A DNA stretch of 64,000 nt from Mobula hypostoma. Its lineage: Eukaryota. Position 1 is the stretch's first letter; the number at the start of each line of letters is the position of its first letter. The position numbers and the translations under genes are program-made. The notes below the pieces were generated by a model. It made no database searches. It saw only the letters and a list, made by a program, of their open reading frames with translations, and was not told the DNA's origin. This document shows, piece after piece, positions 61,195 through 64,000 of the stretch. The stretch is taken from NCBI RefSeq assembly GCF_963921235.1, contig NC_086097.1, forward strand, positions 111,664,001 through 111,728,000, read 5' to 3'.

Positions 61195-63372
61195 AGATCT
61201 CTAAATAGCCAGGATGAGGGTACAAATTGAAATGGGAGATAGAAAAGGTATGTTAAAATGGCAATGTTATGATGGTCATTGGGGATATCAATATGCACAT
61301 AATTTGGGAAAATCATGTTGGTGCTGGATCACAAGGAAAAAATATTGTAGAATGCATATTAGATGGCTTTTTTGAGCAGTTCATGTTTGAACCCACTAGG
61401 GAGGAGGCAATTCTGGATTAGGTGTTGTGTAATGAATCAGATTTGATTAGGGAGTTTAGGGTGAAGAACCCTTAGCATGCAGTGAGCATAATAGGATAGA
61501 TTTCACCTTGTAGTTTGAGAGCGAGAAGCCAGAATCAGGCATATCAGTATTACAATAGAGTACAGAGGCATGAGGGAGGAACTGGTGAAAGTTGATTGGA
61601 AGGAGACACTACCAAGGATGGCTGGAGTTTCCGGTAGCAATTCAGAAGATGCAAGATGGATACTTCTCAAAGAAGAAGAAATATTCTAAAGGGAGGATAA
61701 GGCAATCATGACTGCCAAGGGAAGTCAAAGACAGCACGATACCAAAAGTGAGGGTACATAATATAGCAAAAAGTAGTAGGAAGTAAAATGATTGTGAATA
61801 TTTTTTTAAAAAAGACAACCAACAGAAGGCAACTAAAAAGCCATGAGGCAAGGGAAGATTAAATGTGAAGGCAAAGCACTGATAATGCAAAAGAGGATAC
61901 AGAAGTTTTTTTTTCAGATATATAAAGAGTAAAGGAAGTGAGAGTGGATCTCAGACCACTGGAAAATGATGCTGGTAAGGTGGAAATGGGAGACAAAGCA
62001 ATGGTGAATGAACTTAAGTATTTTGTACCAGTTTTCAGTGTAAGGCACTAGCAGTATTCTGGAAGTTTGAGAGTGTCAAGGACAGAAGTGAGTGCAGTTG
62101 CTATTACTAAGGATAATGTGGTTGGGAAGCTGAAAGGTCTGAAAGTAGATAAGCCACCTGGACCAGATGGACTTCACCCCAGGGTTCTGAAAGAGGTAGC
62201 TGAAGAGACTGTGGAGGCATTAGTAGTGATATTTGAAAAGTTACTAGATTCTGGAATGGTAGATGTTGTTTACTTGGAGTTTCTGAAGGCTTTTGACAAG
62301 GTCCTGAATATAAACTAAACAAGATAACAGCCACAGTGTTGGATAGGATATTGGCTGTCAACCAGTAGGCAAAGAGTGGGCATAAAAGATGCCTTTTCCA
62401 ATTGGCTACCAGTGACTAGTGATGTTCCTCGAGGGTTGGTGTTGGGATTGCTTCTTTTCAGGTAATATGTCAATGATTTGGGTGACAGAGTTGATGGCTT
62501 TATGGCCAAGTTTGTTGATGATACGAAGAAAGGTGAAGGAGTAAGTAGTGTTGAGGAAGCAAGGATTCTGCAAATAATTTGGCCAGATAAGGAGAATGGG
62601 CAAAGTAGTGGCAGATGGAATAAAATGTAGGTAAGTATATGGTCATGCACTTTGATAGAAGGAATAAAGGTATGGACTCTTTTGTAAACAGGGGAAAAAA
62701 AAAAATCAGGGATCAGAGGCCTAGGAGTCATCCTGCAGGATTCCCTGTCAGGTAACTTGCAGGTTTAGTCAGAGGTAAGGAAGGAAAGTGAGGGAACTAG
62801 AATATAAAAGTGAGGATGTAATGCTGAGGCTTTATAAGGCATTGGTTTTGAATTGAATTGACTTTATTACTTACATCCTTCAAATACATGAGTGGTAACA
62901 ATCTTTATGTCTCTATTCCAATGTGCAATTATAGTAATTTATAATAAATATGTACAATAGGATAGTTAATATAACATAGCAGTACAGTAGCATCAGCATG
63001 AATTAAGCAGTCTGATGGCCTGGTGGAAAAAGCTGTCCTGGAGCCTGTTGGTCCTGGCTTTTATGCTGCGGTACTGTTTCCCAGATGGTAGCAGCTGAAA
63101 CAGTTTTTGGTTGGGGTGACTTGGGTCTCCAATGATCCTTTGGGCCCTTTTCACTCACCTGTCTTTGTAAATATCCTGAATAGTGGAAAGTTCACATCTA
63201 CAGATGTGCTGGGCTGCACTGGAGAGGATTTGGAGAACCCAGGAATGAAAGGGTTAACATGCCAGGAGTATTTGGTGGCTCTGGGCCTGTACTCGCTGAA
63301 GTTCAGAAGAATGAGGAGGGCATCTCATTGAAAAGCCTTGATAGAGTGGATGTGCACAGGATGTTTCCTATA
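61195..63372 (+). mobile_element. Decayed CR1 ORF2 with a minus-strand Rex1/Babar 3' piece (about 62846-63220)
   Basis: DKPPGPDGLHPRVLKE, YLEFLKAFDK, KFVDDTK and GLYSLKFRRMR fragments. Confidence 0.8.
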
Positions 63373-63384
63373 ATAAGTTCTGGC

Positions 63385-64000
63385 TCCTTCACCCTCGCTC
63401 CGCAGAAATGACAGCAACTTGTCTTTAAAGTTTCCATTCCTCGCTATGGGAAACTCAGCTTCCGGTTTGACATGCTCACCCACACTCTCCTCCTCCCAGA
63501 AAGTATGGACAGCCCATGGGCCCCACCTCTCCCGGGGCCCCAGTAGTACCAGGCAGTTCCACTGCTGTTACGTCAGCGCTAGTCTGAACTAAAACAAAGT
63601 CTTTGCCTGCCATTTTGTCAAACCTCCCCTCCATGATCGTAACTGTTCCTGATGCTTTAATGGTACCTAAAGTCCGAATTAACAATTTATTGGGTCTACA
63701 ACTGTCTACCTCACTCAATACACATGGATTCGTTAATAACCCCGTGGATTCACACCGCCGCTCAGCATCCATAAATACGTATTGTTATCACTTTACCGGA
63801 CAATAGTTTAACACACAACCTACTGGATCAATGCTCAGGAAAATCACACAGCATCCAATGAAATCGATCCTGGACAAGCCCCCACAAATGAAACCCCTGG
63901 TTTCCTTGGCTGCGCAAGTCTAGGGAAGACACAGTCCAGTCCTGCCAAACACGTGAGATTGAACCTGCTCTTCCACCCCAAACCTCGGTTTGTGTGGATG
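63385..64000 (-). mobile_element. 5' end of a Gypsy element: LTR end, tRNA-Pro PBS and PNMA-like Gag N-terminus
   Basis: The LTR ends at 63889. PBS TGGGGGCTTGTCCAGGAT (63884-63867) is 16/18 to the tRNA-Pro PBS. ATG 63772; after one frameshift it reads GPWAVHTF...FKDKLLSFLRSEG. Confidence 0.75.

Noticed and set aside
1..64000. Most short ORFs in the six-frame track, e.g. 11062-11433, 16037-16525, 60230-60718
   Set aside because: They are antisense or off-frame shadows of transposon sequence, or low-complexity LTR DNA.

Overview
Eukaryotic, transposon-saturated DNA with no intact host gene. The repeat families and the GPCR suggest a cartilaginous fish, probably a ray (inference). The only host-gene-like sequence is a decayed two-exon GPR139/GPR142-like orphan GPCR (about 3130-3224 and 7332-8221). 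The rest is nested mobile DNA: many CR1 LINEs, Rex1/Babar fragments, a Penelope-like element with short terminal-repeat copies, three Gypsy lineages, solo LTRs, Tc1 and hAT transposons, and two SINE-like inserts. Many boundaries are fixed by target-site duplications (TSDs) read directly from the sequence. The main signals are: (1) minimal hammerhead ribozyme motifs in the Penelope terminal repeats, which share a fixed terminus; (2) an 11-nt self-priming LTR/PBS complementarity in a sushi-type chromovirus whose 5' LTR has lost that segment; (3) a TSD-flanked non-coding insert whose 5' end can be drawn in an HDV-ribozyme-like topology; (4) a double fold-back palindrome replacing part of a CR1; (5) two unrelated solo LTRs at nearly the same homologous CR1 ORF1 position. 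Family names come from motif recognition, not database searches. Ends without a TSD are approximate.
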